IMG/VR virus record: IMGVR_UViG_2579778797_000017
Direction: 5' to 3' (one strand)
DNA length: 25,683 nt
DNA from: a virus
Taxonomy: Duplodnaviria > Heunggongvirae > Uroviricota > Caudoviricetes
Part shown: positions 1 to 12,390 of the stretch, one piece after another
Layout: each line of letters opens with the position of its first letter
Position numbering within the stretch: the first letter of the stretch is position 1
Notes under the pieces: model-generated
Databases searched by the model: none
Seen by the model: the letters and a program-made list of their open reading frames with translations, nothing else
Told to the model about the DNA's origin: nothing
Translations under genes and position numbers: made by a program

Positions 1-1284
1 TTACAGACTTCTGGAAGGTTGCGCAGCTCTTACAACACGCGGTTGATCTTCCGCAGCGTCTTCCAGCGCACTTAAATCACGGTCTTTCACCTCTGGCATT
101 TTCAGCGCAGAGATTAAACCAATCACTGAATATGCCATGATCATAATGGCGATCGGATACCAGGATTCCGTCATGGTGCAGAAAATACCCGCCAGGATAG
201 GACCAAAACCGGAAGCGATAAGACCACCAATTTCTTTAGAAATAGCCATCCGGGTAAAGCGGTTTTTACAGCCGAACATTTCTGCCATGGTAATGTTTTC
301 CAGAGCAAATAATCCCAGCACCGCACAGTTATGAATCACAATCAGTGCAACCATAATGGTGCTCGGGGCATAGCTTTTATCTACAATGATAGAAAGCATT
401 GGCCATGCCAGCACAATCGCGGAGGTATTCATAATAATATACGGGATCCGGCGACCAATTTTATCGGATAACCAACCAAGGAACGGAATGGTCATAAAGC
501 CGAGAATCGAACTGATCATCAATGCATCTGTTGGAATTGCTTTGTTAAACAATAACGTCTGCACTAAATAGCCTGCAAGGAAAGTCTGAATTAACCCGGA
601 GTTACCCGCCTGACCAAAACGCAGCCCTGTTGCCAGCCAGAAGGATTTGCTCTGGAACATGCTACCAGCAGGTGCAGGTTTTGCTGTCGGTTGGTTACTG
701 TCGTTAACCTTCTCAAAGACCGGGCTTTCTTTCAGATTCATACGCAACCAGATAGCAAAGACCATCACGACAACGCTCGCCAGGAACGGTATACGCCATC
801 CCCACGCCAGCAGTTCCTCTTTACTGAGAATGAAGAACATAAAGGCCCAGATTGCCGTTGCGCTCAAGGTTCCGCAGTTAGTTCCCATAGCCACAAATGA
901 GGAGATAATTCCGCGCTTACCTTTTGGCGCATATTCCGCCAGCATCGTACCGGCACCGGAAATTTCCGCACCTGCACCCAACCCCTGAATAATACGCAAC
1001 GTCACCAGCAAGATGGGTGCAAAAACACCAATCTGTGCATAGGTCGGTAACACACCAATTAAGGTGGTACAGATCCCCATCATGGTGATGGTAATAAAGA
1101 GCACTTTTTTACGCCCTATTCTGTCGCCCATTTTGCCGAAAATAAATGCTCCGACAATACGCGCCACATAACCTGCACCGTAGGTTCCCATTGCCAGAAT
1201 TAACGCCATTGCCGTTGATGATTCAGGAAAAAATATTTCATGAAACACTAACGCTGCGCCGAGCGAATATAACTGGAAATCCAT
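1..1284 (-). CDS. ydfJ: MFS (metabolite:H+ symporter-type) inner-membrane transporter, probably N-terminally truncated host gene
   Basis: 427-aa ORF with ATG at 1284 and TAA at 1..3. Multiple hydrophobic helices and the MFS loop motif G-x-x-x-D-R-x-G-R-K-K (GKMGDRIGRKK) only about 50 residues from the start, so little room for a normal N-terminus and first helix. Gene neighbourhood (ydfK, pin, tfa, stf) matches the Qin prophage border of E. coli K-12 as I recall it. Confidence 0.8.
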   Translation of the reverse strand: MDFQLYSLGAALVFHEIFFPESSTAMALILAMGTYGAGYVARIVGAFIFGKMGDRIGRKKVLFITITMMGICTTLIGVLPTYAQIGVFAPILLVTLRIIQGLGAGAEISGAGTMLAEYAPKGKRGIISSFVAMGTNCGTLSATAIWAFMFFILSKEELLAWGWRIPFLASVVVMVFAIWLRMNLKESPVFEKVNDSNQPTAKPAPAGSMFQSKSFWLATGLRFGQAGNSGLIQTFLAGYLVQTLLFNKAIPTDALMISSILGFMTIPFLGWLSDKIGRRIPYIIMNTSAIVLAWPMLSIIVDKSYAPSTIMVALIVIHNCAVLGLFALENITMAEMFGCKNRFTRMAISKEIGGLIASGFGPILAGIFCTMTESWYPIAIMIMAYSVIGLISALKMPEVKDRDLSALEDAAEDQPRVVRAAQPSRSL

Positions 1285-1530
1285 AATTCACAGGTGTTTT
1301 TTCCCATCCTGTGGTTTCCTTGGCGTTTTCTAGGTTTTTTCAGATAGTTGCATTTTTTAAAAAGCATCCTAAGTTCGATCTCAGTGTCTATCTGGGGCCT
1401 ATTTCTGTCCCATATATGCCCCAAAAAAAACTCCCCAACAGATAAGTAGTTTTTTCATGGATTTATGCGTAAAATCAAGAACGGCTGGAAATCATTCAAT
1501 ACTCACACTATCGAAAAATTTACCAGCCAA

Positions 1531-1569
1531 CCGCAGCACGTTCTTGCATAAGGCGTGTCTGCGGTTTTT
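1531..1569 (+). terminator. Candidate intrinsic terminator (plus strand) in the prophage-end intergenic region
   Basis: Imperfect GC-rich inverted repeat CCGCAGCACG (1531-1540) / CGTG(T)CTGCGG (1554-1564), about 10 bp with one bulge, followed by TTTTT (1565-1569). No annotated plus-strand gene ends here. Confidence 0.3.
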
Positions 1570-1888
1570 CAACTATTCAGATACATCACTCCCATCACAT
1601 TCATTCCTCCGCATCAAAGGCATATAGGCTATATCACCTTGATATTTTTATTTTTCAGATAAAAACTGTTATCTATGTATACTTTTAAACCCAATCCGTG
1701 TAGAGTCTCTGCATAAGATAGTTTGCAGTTGCCGCTTCAGCTTGCGCCATAAACCGCCTGATTTTTGCTGCCACCTGTTAGCATTCCTGTATACCTGAAA
1801 CGACAATGTTTATCTACGAACTTTAAGAACACCCAAGATAAAAATTGTCAACTATATCATATATAACACATTACTAATTCGAGGCTAT

Positions 1889-2002
1889 ATGAACAGCATA
1901 CTGATAATCACATCTCTCCTTATCATATTCAGCATTTTTAGTTATGCCCTAATAAAATTAGGGATTGGCATATCCAATAACCCAGACAAAACCGATGTAT
2001 AA
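1889..2002 (+). CDS. Hypothetical 37-aa small hydrophobic (single transmembrane helix) peptide
   Basis: ATG at 1889 preceded by GAGG (1881-1884); translation [37 protein letters not shown], stop TAA at 2000-2002. Below the 60-aa cutoff of the ORF track. Lies just upstream of ydfK. Confidence 0.3.
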   Translation: MNSILIITSLLIIFSIFSYALIKLGIGISNNPDKTDV

Positions 2003-2070
2003 GTCAACATATCCTGAATCAGACATACAATATCGCAATGAAAATCAATAATATTTTAAGGAATATCTTC

Positions 2071-2304
2071 ATGAAATCAAAAGACACCCTAAAGTGGTTC
2101 CCTGCGCAGCTTCCTGAAGTAAGAATTATCCTAGGGGATGCTGTAGTGGAAGTAGCAAAACAGGGAAGACCTATCAATACCAGAACATTGCTTGATTACA
2201 TTGAAGGAAACATAAAGAAAAAATCATGGCTGGATAACAAAGAATTATTACAAACAGCGATATCAGTTCTTAAAGACAACCAAAATTTAAATGGTAAAAT
2301 GTAA
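2071..2304 (+). CDS. ydfK: YdfK/YnaE-family prophage cold-shock protein (77 aa)
   Basis: ORF 2038..2304; the internal ATG at 2071 (MKSKDTLKWFPAQLPEV...) is preceded by AAGGAA at 2057-2062 and gives 77 aa. Sequence recognised from memory as the Qin/Rac ydfK/ynaE family; position next to pin/tfa/stf matches K-12 Qin. Confidence 0.75.
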   Translation: MKSKDTLKWFPAQLPEVRIILGDAVVEVAKQGRPINTRTLLDYIEGNIKKKSWLDNKELLQTAISVLKDNQNLNGKM

Positions 2305-2621
2305 TATAATAAACTTACTTTTTTATCATTTTTCCACTTTAACAACATTTTGCTCCACTTTTCCACGACCAAACAACTTGAAATCTGGTTAAAATAACAC
2401 GCAACACTATTCTTCTTCCTTGAGTCCGCCCGGAACTCGAAAAACAAACCGAGTTAAAGCCATTTTTCACAAAATCGATTTTGGGTCTCACCAAAATTAC
2501 GGGGTTGCATACGCATTCGTTTATTTTCGAACGTGTACATACAAATATGCACAAAAATAATCAAAATTATTTTCTGAGATGCATTATGATATGAACACTC
2601 AATTTCGTATAGAGTCTCACT

Positions 2622-3212
2622 ATGTCTCGAATTTTTGCTTACTGTCGGATATCAACGCTGGATCAGACCACCGAAAATCAACGCCGGGAAATCGAAAGTG
2701 CAGGTTTTAAAATCAAACCTCAGCAAATAATCGAAGAACACATTAGCGGCTCAGCAGCAACCAGTGAGCGTCCTGGTTTTAACCGGTTGCTTGCTCGCCT
2801 GAAATGTGGTGATCAATTGATTGTGACAAAACTGGATCGCCTTGGTTGTAATGCAATGGATATCAGGAAAACAGTGGAACAACTGACCGAAACAGGTATC
2901 AGAGTGCATTGCTTAGCATTGGGGGGCATTGACCTGACCAGTCCAACAGGAAAAATGATGATGCAAGTAATTTCAGCAGTCGCTGAATTTGAACGAGACC
3001 TTTTACTTGAACGCACTCATTCCGGGATAGTAAGAGCCCGGGGCGCAGGGAAACGTTTTGGTCGACCACCTGTGTTAAATGAAGAACAGAAACAGGTGGT
3101 ATTCGAACGAATTAAGTCAGGTGTAAGTATAAGTGCCATTGCCCGGGAATTCAAAACCTCGCGGCAAACCATTTTAAGAGCCAAAGCAAAACTTCAGACA
3201 CCTGACATATAA
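2622..3212 (+). CDS. pinQ: Serine recombinase (resolvase/invertase family), PinQ/PinR-like
   Basis: 196 aa; N-terminal catalytic region with the expected Ser in YCRISTLDQ, resolvase-type core ([10 protein letters not shown]), C-terminal helix-turn-helix ([10 protein letters not shown]). ATG at 2622, TAA at 3210-3212. Synteny with tfa/stf as in Qin and Rac. Confidence 0.85.
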
Positions 3213-3309
3213 AAAATAATCTCGGTGTGAGATGCTTTACGTCTTCCAAGCCACCTTCCTTGCCGTAAATGGAAAGATACATCTAATTATAGAATTTATA
3301 TGTTTTACC

Positions 3310-3885
3310 CTACGGCAGTGCTGGCCATTCAATATCCTGTGCAGTTGACGTATCAACACGGTTCAGCAATACCCGATACTTTTTCCATGCTTCCAGCAAC
3401 GAGATTTCTTCCTCCGTTGCAATTTCCAGATCTGCAGCATCCTGAAGCGGCGCAATATGCTCACTGGCTACCTGCATCAGGCTGTTTTTTGTTTCTTCCG
3501 CCTCCCGGATCCGGAACAGTTTTTCTGCTTCCGTATCCTTCACCCAGGCTGTGCCGTTCCACTTCTGATATTCCCCTCCCGGCGATAACCAGGTAACATT
3601 TTCCGGTAACGGACCGAGTTCAGAAATAAATAACGCGTCGCCGGAAGCCACGTCATAAACCGTTTTACCCCGATGATCTTCAACGAGATGCCACGATGCC
3701 TCATCACTGTTGAAAACAGCCACGAAGCCTGCCGGAATATCTGGCGGTGCAATATCGATACTGTTTGCTGGCAGACCTGTATGAGGCGGAATATATGCGT
3801 CACCTTCACCAATAAATTCATTAGTTCCGGCCAGCAGATTATAAATTTTTATGGTCCGTGGTTGTTCACTCATTCTGAATGCCAT
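3310..3885 (-). CDS. tfa: Tail fibre assembly protein (lambda Tfa-like)
   Basis: 191 aa beginning [39 protein letters not shown], near-identical to the lambda Tfa N-terminus as I recall it. Its ATG at 3885 shares one nucleotide with the stf TAA stop. Confidence 0.9.
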   Translation of the reverse strand: MAFRMSEQPRTIKIYNLLAGTNEFIGEGDAYIPPHTGLPANSIDIAPPDIPAGFVAVFNSDEASWHLVEDHRGKTVYDVASGDALFISELGPLPENVTWLSPGGEYQKWNGTAWVKDTEAEKLFRIREAEETKNSLMQVASEHIAPLQDAADLEIATEEEISLLEAWKKYRVLLNRVDTSTAQDIEWPALP

Positions 3886-6800
3886 TATGCAAGCCTCACA
3901 ATATAGTTAAATGCGATGTTTTTGACGGTGTTTTCCGCGTTACCAGCAGCGTTAACGGTGATGGTATGTCCATGTGAACCAATCGCAACGGAGTGCGTAT
4001 GAGCACCAATACCGACAGTATGTGCGTGTGCACCTGCGCTTGCAGCAGTACCCGATACAGAGTGCGTATGAGCGCCTGCAGAAGAAGTGTTAACACTGTA
4101 TTTAGAATAATCAGGTGATCCACTTCCCGGAGCACCACTGGAACCACCTGAAACAAATGTCATCGAATGGGTATGTGCACCGGCTGAAGCAGCCGTACCG
4201 CTAACACTATGGGTATGCGCACCAGTGTTATTCGTGGATTTAGTGCCGTAATCAAACGACGATGTGGTTTTCGTCCCCAAATCCGTACTGGATACGCTGG
4301 CGCTGTGGGTGTGTGATTTAATGCCGTCCTGTTCCTGAGACAATACGGCTCGATCACTGGCGGGCTTGCCCTTAATCGTCCAGCCACGCATATCAGGGAT
4401 CACGCCTGACGGATAAGCGGCTGCAAGTTTCGGGTAAGCAGATTTGTCAAAAGTCTGCCCCTGCATCAGGGCATAACCAGACGGAACGGTATCTGATGGC
4501 CACGGGATTGGTGCACCGACTGGATAAAACTCTGCAGGAGGATGAGCCGAGGTGTAAAGCTGCGCCCACGGCGACCAGTTTGCGTCGGTCGTATCCCGTC
4601 GTGAACGAATAAATGCCGGAGCATGAGCACCGCTTGTACCACTCCAGCCGATGAGTAACTCACCTTCGCCAACGGCTGTCATCCCTTTCAGGTGAATGAT
4701 ATTTCCATACGCTGTTGGATATCCGTTGTTATACACCTCGTATAACTCAAGACCTGTTGCCCCCTGCGTATTGTCTGTCAGCGCGGTTACCCGACCTTTT
4801 GAAGACAGATTAACTGATGATACTGCTGTTCCACCTGACGGTAACGCCCCGATCTCTGATGCCGTTGGCTTATTTCTGGAGTTATAGTCCCTTCGCCAGC
4901 CAGGTGAATAATCTGTTCCGTGATTAATATAGGTAAACTGGGCGTTAGTTGTTCCACCACCAGTGGAGGTGGTCGGTGTGGTAATGCGGATCGTCATCGC
5001 TGACTTTATCCCCATTACTTCAATGACAGCTCCGGCGAGATGAATATTACCGCAGCCAGTATCAGTAATGATTTTATTATTGCCATAAGACCAGGAACCC
5101 TTGCACATCCAGTATGGATGGTTAAATGCTCCCTGAGAATCCAGCCACTCGATAAACTGTGCAGTCGTCCAGTTTCCTGTTGTTGTGCTTACTGACCCAC
5201 CGAAGGCACGGCAGGCACCAATATTTTTCGTAAAGGTGTCTTTGCCAGGGATATCCGCACCGTTCTGATCTTTCTGCAGACGTTTCTCAGCATTGTCATT
5301 GGCTGCTTTTACTGCCTTTGGCGTTGCCGCCAGCGTTTCAGACGTGCTGTTGGTCGCGCTGCTTAGCTGGATTATCCCTTTCTGTGCTGTCGTTGCATCC
5401 TGTGCGGTGTATTTCCCGTTAGCCAGGTCATACGCGGCCTTAACGGCTTTTGGCGTTGCCGCCAGTGACTCGGAAGTGCTGTTGGTCGCACTGCTGAGCT
5501 GTACTATCCCCTTTTTCGTCGTGCTCGCATCCTCAAGCGCCACGGCGGATGCAATATCCTCTGCCCGTTTTGCCGCTGTCTCAGCGCGCGTTGCTGCAGA
5601 TTCCGCCGTACTTTTGCTCTGAGCTGCTGCCGTCGCACTGCCAGCTGCCTCTGTCGCCTTCGTGGATGCCGTCGTGGCGCTACCCTTCGCTGCTGACGCT
5701 TGTCTGGTCGCCTCATCTTTTGAAGCAGACGCCGATGATGCCGATGACGCCGCCGAACTGGCTGACGATGCGGCAGCCGTTTTTGAGGATTCTGCGCTGG
5801 TTTCCGACGCTTTCGCGTTCGTTTCGGATGTCTTCGCTGCGGAAGCTGACCTCGCTGCTGCCGTGGCCTGTTCAGTGGCTTCGCCAGCCTTCGTTGTGGC
5901 TGTTGAAGCGGATGATGCGGCGCTTTCTGCCGACTTTCCGGCAGCGGTGGCACTGGCTGAGGCCTGCCCGGCACTTGTTGACGCGGCACTGGCAGACGAC
6001 GCAGCCGCTGTTTTTGAGCCTGCCGCAGCCGAGGCGCTCTGTCCCGCTGCCGTTTCAGAAGACCTGGCGTTCGTCTCGGACGTTTTTGCCGCCTTCGCGG
6101 AATTTCCTGCCGCCGTTGCCGAGGAAGCTGCACTACTGGCGCTTGATGATGCGTTCGTTTCTGATGATTTTGCCGCCTCTTTTGAAGCCGACGCATCTCT
6201 GGCTGAGGTGGCAGCTTCTGACGCTTTCGTGGTCGCGGTGGATGCAGAAGTGGCGGCTGATTGTTGTGACGCTGAAGCATTCGTTTCTGACGTTTTCGCC
6301 GCACCGGCACTGGTGGCCGCCGCGCTTTTTGAGGACTCTGCAGCGGCAGCACTTTTTTCCGCTTCAGTGGCCTTTGTTGATGCCGTTCCTGCGCTGGAAG
6401 ACGCTGACTGAGCCGACGAAGCGGCCTGTCCGGCTGACGTGCTGGCTGCGCGTGCTGAGCCTGCAGCATCAGTCGCATGGGTTGCCGCCTCACGGGCTGA
6501 TGTGCCGGCATCGCTGGCTGACTTCTTCGCGGCTGCCGTGTTCTGTGCCACCGCGGACGCGTTACGCGCCACCTCTTCCACCATCAGTTCAAAACGGCGC
6601 AGTGCCTCCGGACGGGCATCATCCTCCGTCATGGCACCGAGAAAATCATTCAGCGTACCGGGTCGGGAATCTTCATACACGGTGATGGTCCCGGCATGTG
6701 ACGGCGGGAATCCTTCCACCAACAGAATAACGCTGTACTGACCGTACTCAACGTCCATGCTGTAACGCCCGGCTTCATCCGGATTTTCTGAGGCCAGCGT

Positions 6801-6908
6801 GTTCACCACCACCGTGGTGCTGTTACGTTTTGCTTTCAGCTGGATTGTGCAGTTCTGTACCGGTTTTCCTGTGCCGTCTTTCAGTACACCTGAAATCTTT
6901 ACTGCCAT
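3885..6908 (-). CDS. stf: Side tail fibre protein (lambda Stf-like, T4 gp37-related)
   Basis: Track ORF starts at GTG 6914; the ATG at 6908 gives [49 protein letters not shown], matching the lambda Stf N-terminus. Long Ala/Ser/Thr-rich repeat region (KTSETNA motifs), two copies of a tail-fibre repeat (GI(V/I)[11 protein letters not shown](S/T)[11 protein letters not shown]), and C-terminal His-x-His repeats (GAHTHS). Confidence 0.9.
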   Translation of the reverse strand: MAVKISGVLKDGTGKPVQNCTIQLKAKRNSTTVVVNTLASENPDEAGRYSMDVEYGQYSVILLVEGFPPSHAGTITVYEDSRPGTLNDFLGAMTEDDARPEALRRFELMVEEVARNASAVAQNTAAAKKSASDAGTSAREAATHATDAAGSARAASTSAGQAASSAQSASSSAGTASTKATEAEKSAAAAESSKSAAATSAGAAKTSETNASASQQSAATSASTATTKASEAATSARDASASKEAAKSSETNASSSASSAASSATAAGNSAKAAKTSETNARSSETAAGQSASAAAGSKTAAASSASAASTSAGQASASATAAGKSAESAASSASTATTKAGEATEQATAAARSASAAKTSETNAKASETSAESSKTAAASSASSAASSASSASASKDEATRQASAAKGSATTASTKATEAAGSATAAAQSKSTAESAATRAETAAKRAEDIASAVALEDASTTKKGIVQLSSATNSTSESLAATPKAVKAAYDLANGKYTAQDATTAQKGIIQLSSATNSTSETLAATPKAVKAANDNAEKRLQKDQNGADIPGKDTFTKNIGACRAFGGSVSTTTGNWTTAQFIEWLDSQGAFNHPYWMCKGSWSYGNNKIITDTGCGNIHLAGAVIEVMGIKSAMTIRITTPTTSTGGGTTNAQFTYINHGTDYSPGWRRDYNSRNKPTASEIGALPSGGTAVSSVNLSSKGRVTALTDNTQGATGLELYEVYNNGYPTAYGNIIHLKGMTAVGEGELLIGWSGTSGAHAPAFIRSRRDTTDANWSPWAQLYTSAHPPAEFYPVGAPIPWPSDTVPSGYALMQGQTFDKSAYPKLAAAYPSGVIPDMRGWTIKGKPASDRAVLSQEQDGIKSHTHSASVSSTDLGTKTTSSFDYGTKSTNNTGAHTHSVSGTAASAGAHTHSMTFVSGGSSGAPGSGSPDYSKYSVNTSSAGAHTHSVSGTAASAGAHAHTVGIGAHTHSVAIGSHGHTITVNAAGNAENTVKNIAFNYIVRLA

Positions 6909-6919
6909 ATTCACCCCAC

Positions 6920-6946
6920 AAAAAAGCCCGCCTGAACCGGCGGGCT
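6920..6946 (-). terminator. Intrinsic terminator downstream of lom, immediately upstream of stf
   Basis: On the minus strand: 7-bp GC stem GCCCGCC / GGCGGGC (plus 6926-6932 and 6939-6945), 6-nt loop, then TTTTTT (complement of 6920-6925), then GTGGGGTGAAT-ATG of stf. Confidence 0.6.
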
Positions 6947-6972
6947 GTCATAACACTGTGTTACCTGGCTAA

Positions 6973-7572
6973 TCAGAATTTATAACCGACACCCACGATG
7001 AAACCGTCAGTGCGCCAGTCACCACTGCCGGAACCTTCATAAGCAATATCAATGGCCACGGATTCGGTCGGGTTAAACTGCACGCCAGCCCCCCACGCCA
7101 GAGACGTGTTGCTGTGGCGACCGTCATCACTTCCGGTCAGCACATCGTGCGTTTTCCCCTTGTTGTCAGTTACGCGGAGATAATCCCCGGAGAAAGTCGA
7201 CACGCGGCTGTAAGCCACACCCGCCATCGCATACGCGCTGAACCATTCATTCACGCGCACAGACGGCCCCGCCATCACGCTGAACCAGCGGTTACGCGCG
7301 GAATCTTCATGCCAGCGGGTATCGCTGTAACGGGTAAGCTGGCGATTCTTGTCTCCTGCATAGCTGAATGACGTCACCATTCCCAGCGTGTCCGTAAACT
7401 CATAACGGTATTTCACGTTAATCCCGTTCAGATCATCGCTGCCGGAAACGTTCGTCCGGGCATGAAGATAGCCCGCGCTCAGCGTGGACTGATGTTCAGA
7501 CGCCCATGCAGGCGCACCGGATACGGCCAGACAAATGGCTGCGGACAAAATGGCGGCATAAAGTTTACGCAT
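6973..7572 (-). CDS. lom: Lom outer-membrane protein (Ail/Lom/OmpX/PagC beta-barrel family)
   Basis: 199 aa with signal peptide [24 protein letters not shown] and a C-terminal aromatic residue (GVGYKF) typical of outer-membrane barrels. Sits between J and stf as in lambda. ATG at 7572 preceded by AGAGGG. Confidence 0.9.
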   Translation of the reverse strand: MRKLYAAILSAAICLAVSGAPAWASEHQSTLSAGYLHARTNVSGSDDLNGINVKYRYEFTDTLGMVTSFSYAGDKNRQLTRYSDTRWHEDSARNRWFSVMAGPSVRVNEWFSAYAMAGVAYSRVSTFSGDYLRVTDNKGKTHDVLTGSDDGRHSNTSLAWGAGVQFNPTESVAIDIAYEGSGSGDWRTDGFIVGVGYKF

Positions 7573-7596
7573 AATTCCCTCTCGCTTTTCTGCAAT

Positions 7597-7620
7597 AAAA
7601 AAGGCGTCATTTCTGACGCC
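7597..7620 (-). terminator. Intrinsic terminator downstream of J, upstream of lom
   Basis: On the minus strand: stem GGCGTCA / TGACGCC (plus 7603-7609 and 7614-7620), 4-nt loop, then TTTTTT (complement of 7597-7602). Confidence 0.55.
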
Positions 7621-7638
7621 CGTTCTGGGTTATAAAAT

Positions 7639-11040
<3,402 letters not shown>

Positions 11041-11060
11041 TCATGCTCCATAAACGACAA

Positions 11061-11078
11061 AACCGCCCGCAGGCGGTT
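11061..11078 (-). terminator. Hairpin / weak terminator-like element between I and J
   Basis: 7-bp stem AACCGCC / GGCGGTT with a 4-nt loop; on the minus strand followed by TTGTCGTTTA, a U-rich but interrupted tail, then the J SD and start. Confidence 0.3.
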
Positions 11079-11097
11079 TCACATAAAACATTTTGCA

Positions 11098-11745
11098 TCA
11101 GCGGCCAATCACCACAACCTGACCACCGTCCCCTTCATCTGCCGTGCTGATCTCCTGAGAAACCACACGAGACCCCACACGCATTTCACCGTACAGAACA
11201 GGCAGAACATTGCCCTGGGCAACCATGTTATCCAGTGACGAGAAATACGTGTTCTGTTTGCCGTTATCTGTACTGGCTGCCGTGGGCGTCCTGGCTTTCG
11301 GTGCCAGCATCTGCGCCACACCACCCAGGATCATACTGGCCCCTGCTGCATACAGACCCGATACAGCCGCGGCCCCCAGCCAGCCAACAGGGTTCCACCA
11401 TGCCACCGCAATCAGCGCCGCACCCAGCACCGCCTGAAACACACCGCCACTTTTGGCACCCGCCAGACGCGGAACGACGTGGATCACGGCACCATTTGCC
11501 AGCGGTTCATTAAGACGGGCAGATAATTCATTTTCGCCTGCATCACGCCCGGAAATGCGCACCTGATACCAGCCCTCATTCAGTTTCTGGCGAAACGACG
11601 GAAGCTGTGTGGCCAGCGCCCGGATGGCTTCAGCCCCCGTTTTCACACGAAGGTCGATGCGGCGGCCAAATCGTTGTAAATCCCCGTAAAGGCAGATGCG
11701 TGCCATGCCCGGTGACGCCAGAGGGAGTGTGTGCGTCGCTGCCAT
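11098..11745 (-). CDS. I: Tail tip assembly protein I
   Basis: 215 aa beginning MAATHTLPLASPGMARICLYGDLQRFGRRIDLRVKTGAEAIRALATQLP, matching lambda gpI as recalled; hydrophobic Gly/Ala-rich middle and conserved C-terminus NGKQNTYFSSLDNMVAQGNVLPVLYGEMRVGSRVV. Confidence 0.9.
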   Translation of the reverse strand: MAATHTLPLASPGMARICLYGDLQRFGRRIDLRVKTGAEAIRALATQLPSFRQKLNEGWYQVRISGRDAGENELSARLNEPLANGAVIHVVPRLAGAKSGGVFQAVLGAALIAVAWWNPVGWLGAAAVSGLYAAGASMILGGVAQMLAPKARTPTAASTDNGKQNTYFSSLDNMVAQGNVLPVLYGEMRVGSRVVSQEISTADEGDGGQVVVIGR

Positions 11746-12386
11746 TTGTCGGTATACCTCTCTCGTTTGCTCAGTTGTTCAGGAATATGGTGCAGCAGCT
11801 CGCCGTCACCACAGTAAATGGCGGCATGATTCGGCACCGATGAACCAAAACAGCACAGCAGCACATCGCCCGGCTGCGCCGCTGACAACGGCACCTGATA
11901 CAGCCCTGTGGCCTCCAGATTATCCAGATAGAGATTCTGACCGTGACGCCACCAGTCATCCTCGCGATGAAAATCCGGCATCTCAATCCCCGCCAGATGA
12001 TAAGCATCCCGGAACAGCGTGTAACAGTCCGTCACCCCGTGCTCAAAGCGCCGCCCGGTGAGATGCGGCACACAGCGGAACTTATGAATCGTCCCCCGGC
12101 AGACCAGCCACCACGGCAAATCACTCTGCACCTGCAGCCGCCGGTCGGCCTCACTCAGCCAGGGCAGACCACCGGGGTGGCTGTGGACCAGCGCCACAAT
12201 CTCACCCTGCATTTCTGCCTGCAGCCAGTCTTCCGGCGACATACGGAAATACGCCTCCGGCTCACCGGAGATATTCACGCAGGGAAAATATCTTTCCCCC
12301 TCCGGCGCTCTCACCACGAAGCCGCACGACTCCGCTGGCGCACATCGCCGGGCGTGCGCCAGAATCGCTGATTCTGTCTCTGTCAT
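11643..12386 (-). CDS. K: Tail assembly protein K (JAMM/MPN+ metalloprotease plus NlpC/P60 domains)
   Basis: Track ORF begins at TTG 12428; the ATG at 12386 gives MTETESAILAHARRCAPAESCGFVV. JAMM motif H-x-H-x7-S-x2-D present (HSHPGGLPWLSEAD); NlpC/P60-like Cys (VTDCYTLF) and His (NHAAIY). Overlaps the I start by about 100 nt. Confidence 0.9.
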   Translation of the reverse strand: MTETESAILAHARRCAPAESCGFVVRAPEGERYFPCVNISGEPEAYFRMSPEDWLQAEMQGEIVALVHSHPGGLPWLSEADRRLQVQSDLPWWLVCRGTIHKFRCVPHLTGRRFEHGVTDCYTLFRDAYHLAGIEMPDFHREDDWWRHGQNLYLDNLEATGLYQVPLSAAQPGDVLLCCFGSSVPNHAAIYCGDGELLHHIPEQLSKRERYTDKWQRRTHSLWRHRAWHASAFTGIYNDLAAASTFV

Positions 12387-12390
12387 GGGA

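Noticed and set aside
2196-2554. Minus-strand ORFs 2196..2447 and 2339..2554 between ydfK and the recombinase gene
   Set aside because: They overlap the ydfK 3' end and the recombinase promoter region, have odd Phe/Lys/Cys-rich composition and no SD; more likely AT-rich intergenic noise.
2430-3245. Gin/Hin-type recombination sites flanking an invertible fibre segment (partial matches to the AAACCGAG core near 2445 and CTCGGT near 3222)
   Set aside because: Matches are only half-site-like, the recombinase is not Gin-like, and no properly inverted partner site or alternative tfa/stf cassette was found by eye; kept as a question in the findings rather than called as a feature.
5290-5540. Regularly spaced direct repeats that could superficially suggest a CRISPR-like or tandem-repeat array
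   Set aside because: The repeats are in-frame protein repeats of the tail fibre (two roughly 90-bp units plus degenerate 21-bp units), with no repeat-spacer periodicity and no cas genes in the window.
5293-6741. Several long overlapping ORFs in other frames of the stf repeat region (5293..5622 +, 5504..6511 -, 5549..6685 +, 5662..6411 +, 6439..6741 +), with Arg/Gln/Pro-rich or Ala/Asp-rich low-complexity translations
   Set aside because: They lie entirely within the strongly supported stf coding sequence and are the expected alternative-frame translations of GC-rich repetitive codons; no independent start signals.
3885-6908. Possibility of a diversity-generating retroelement targeting the tail fibre
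   Set aside because: No reverse transcriptase ORF and no template-repeat copy of the stf 3' end detected anywhere in the window.
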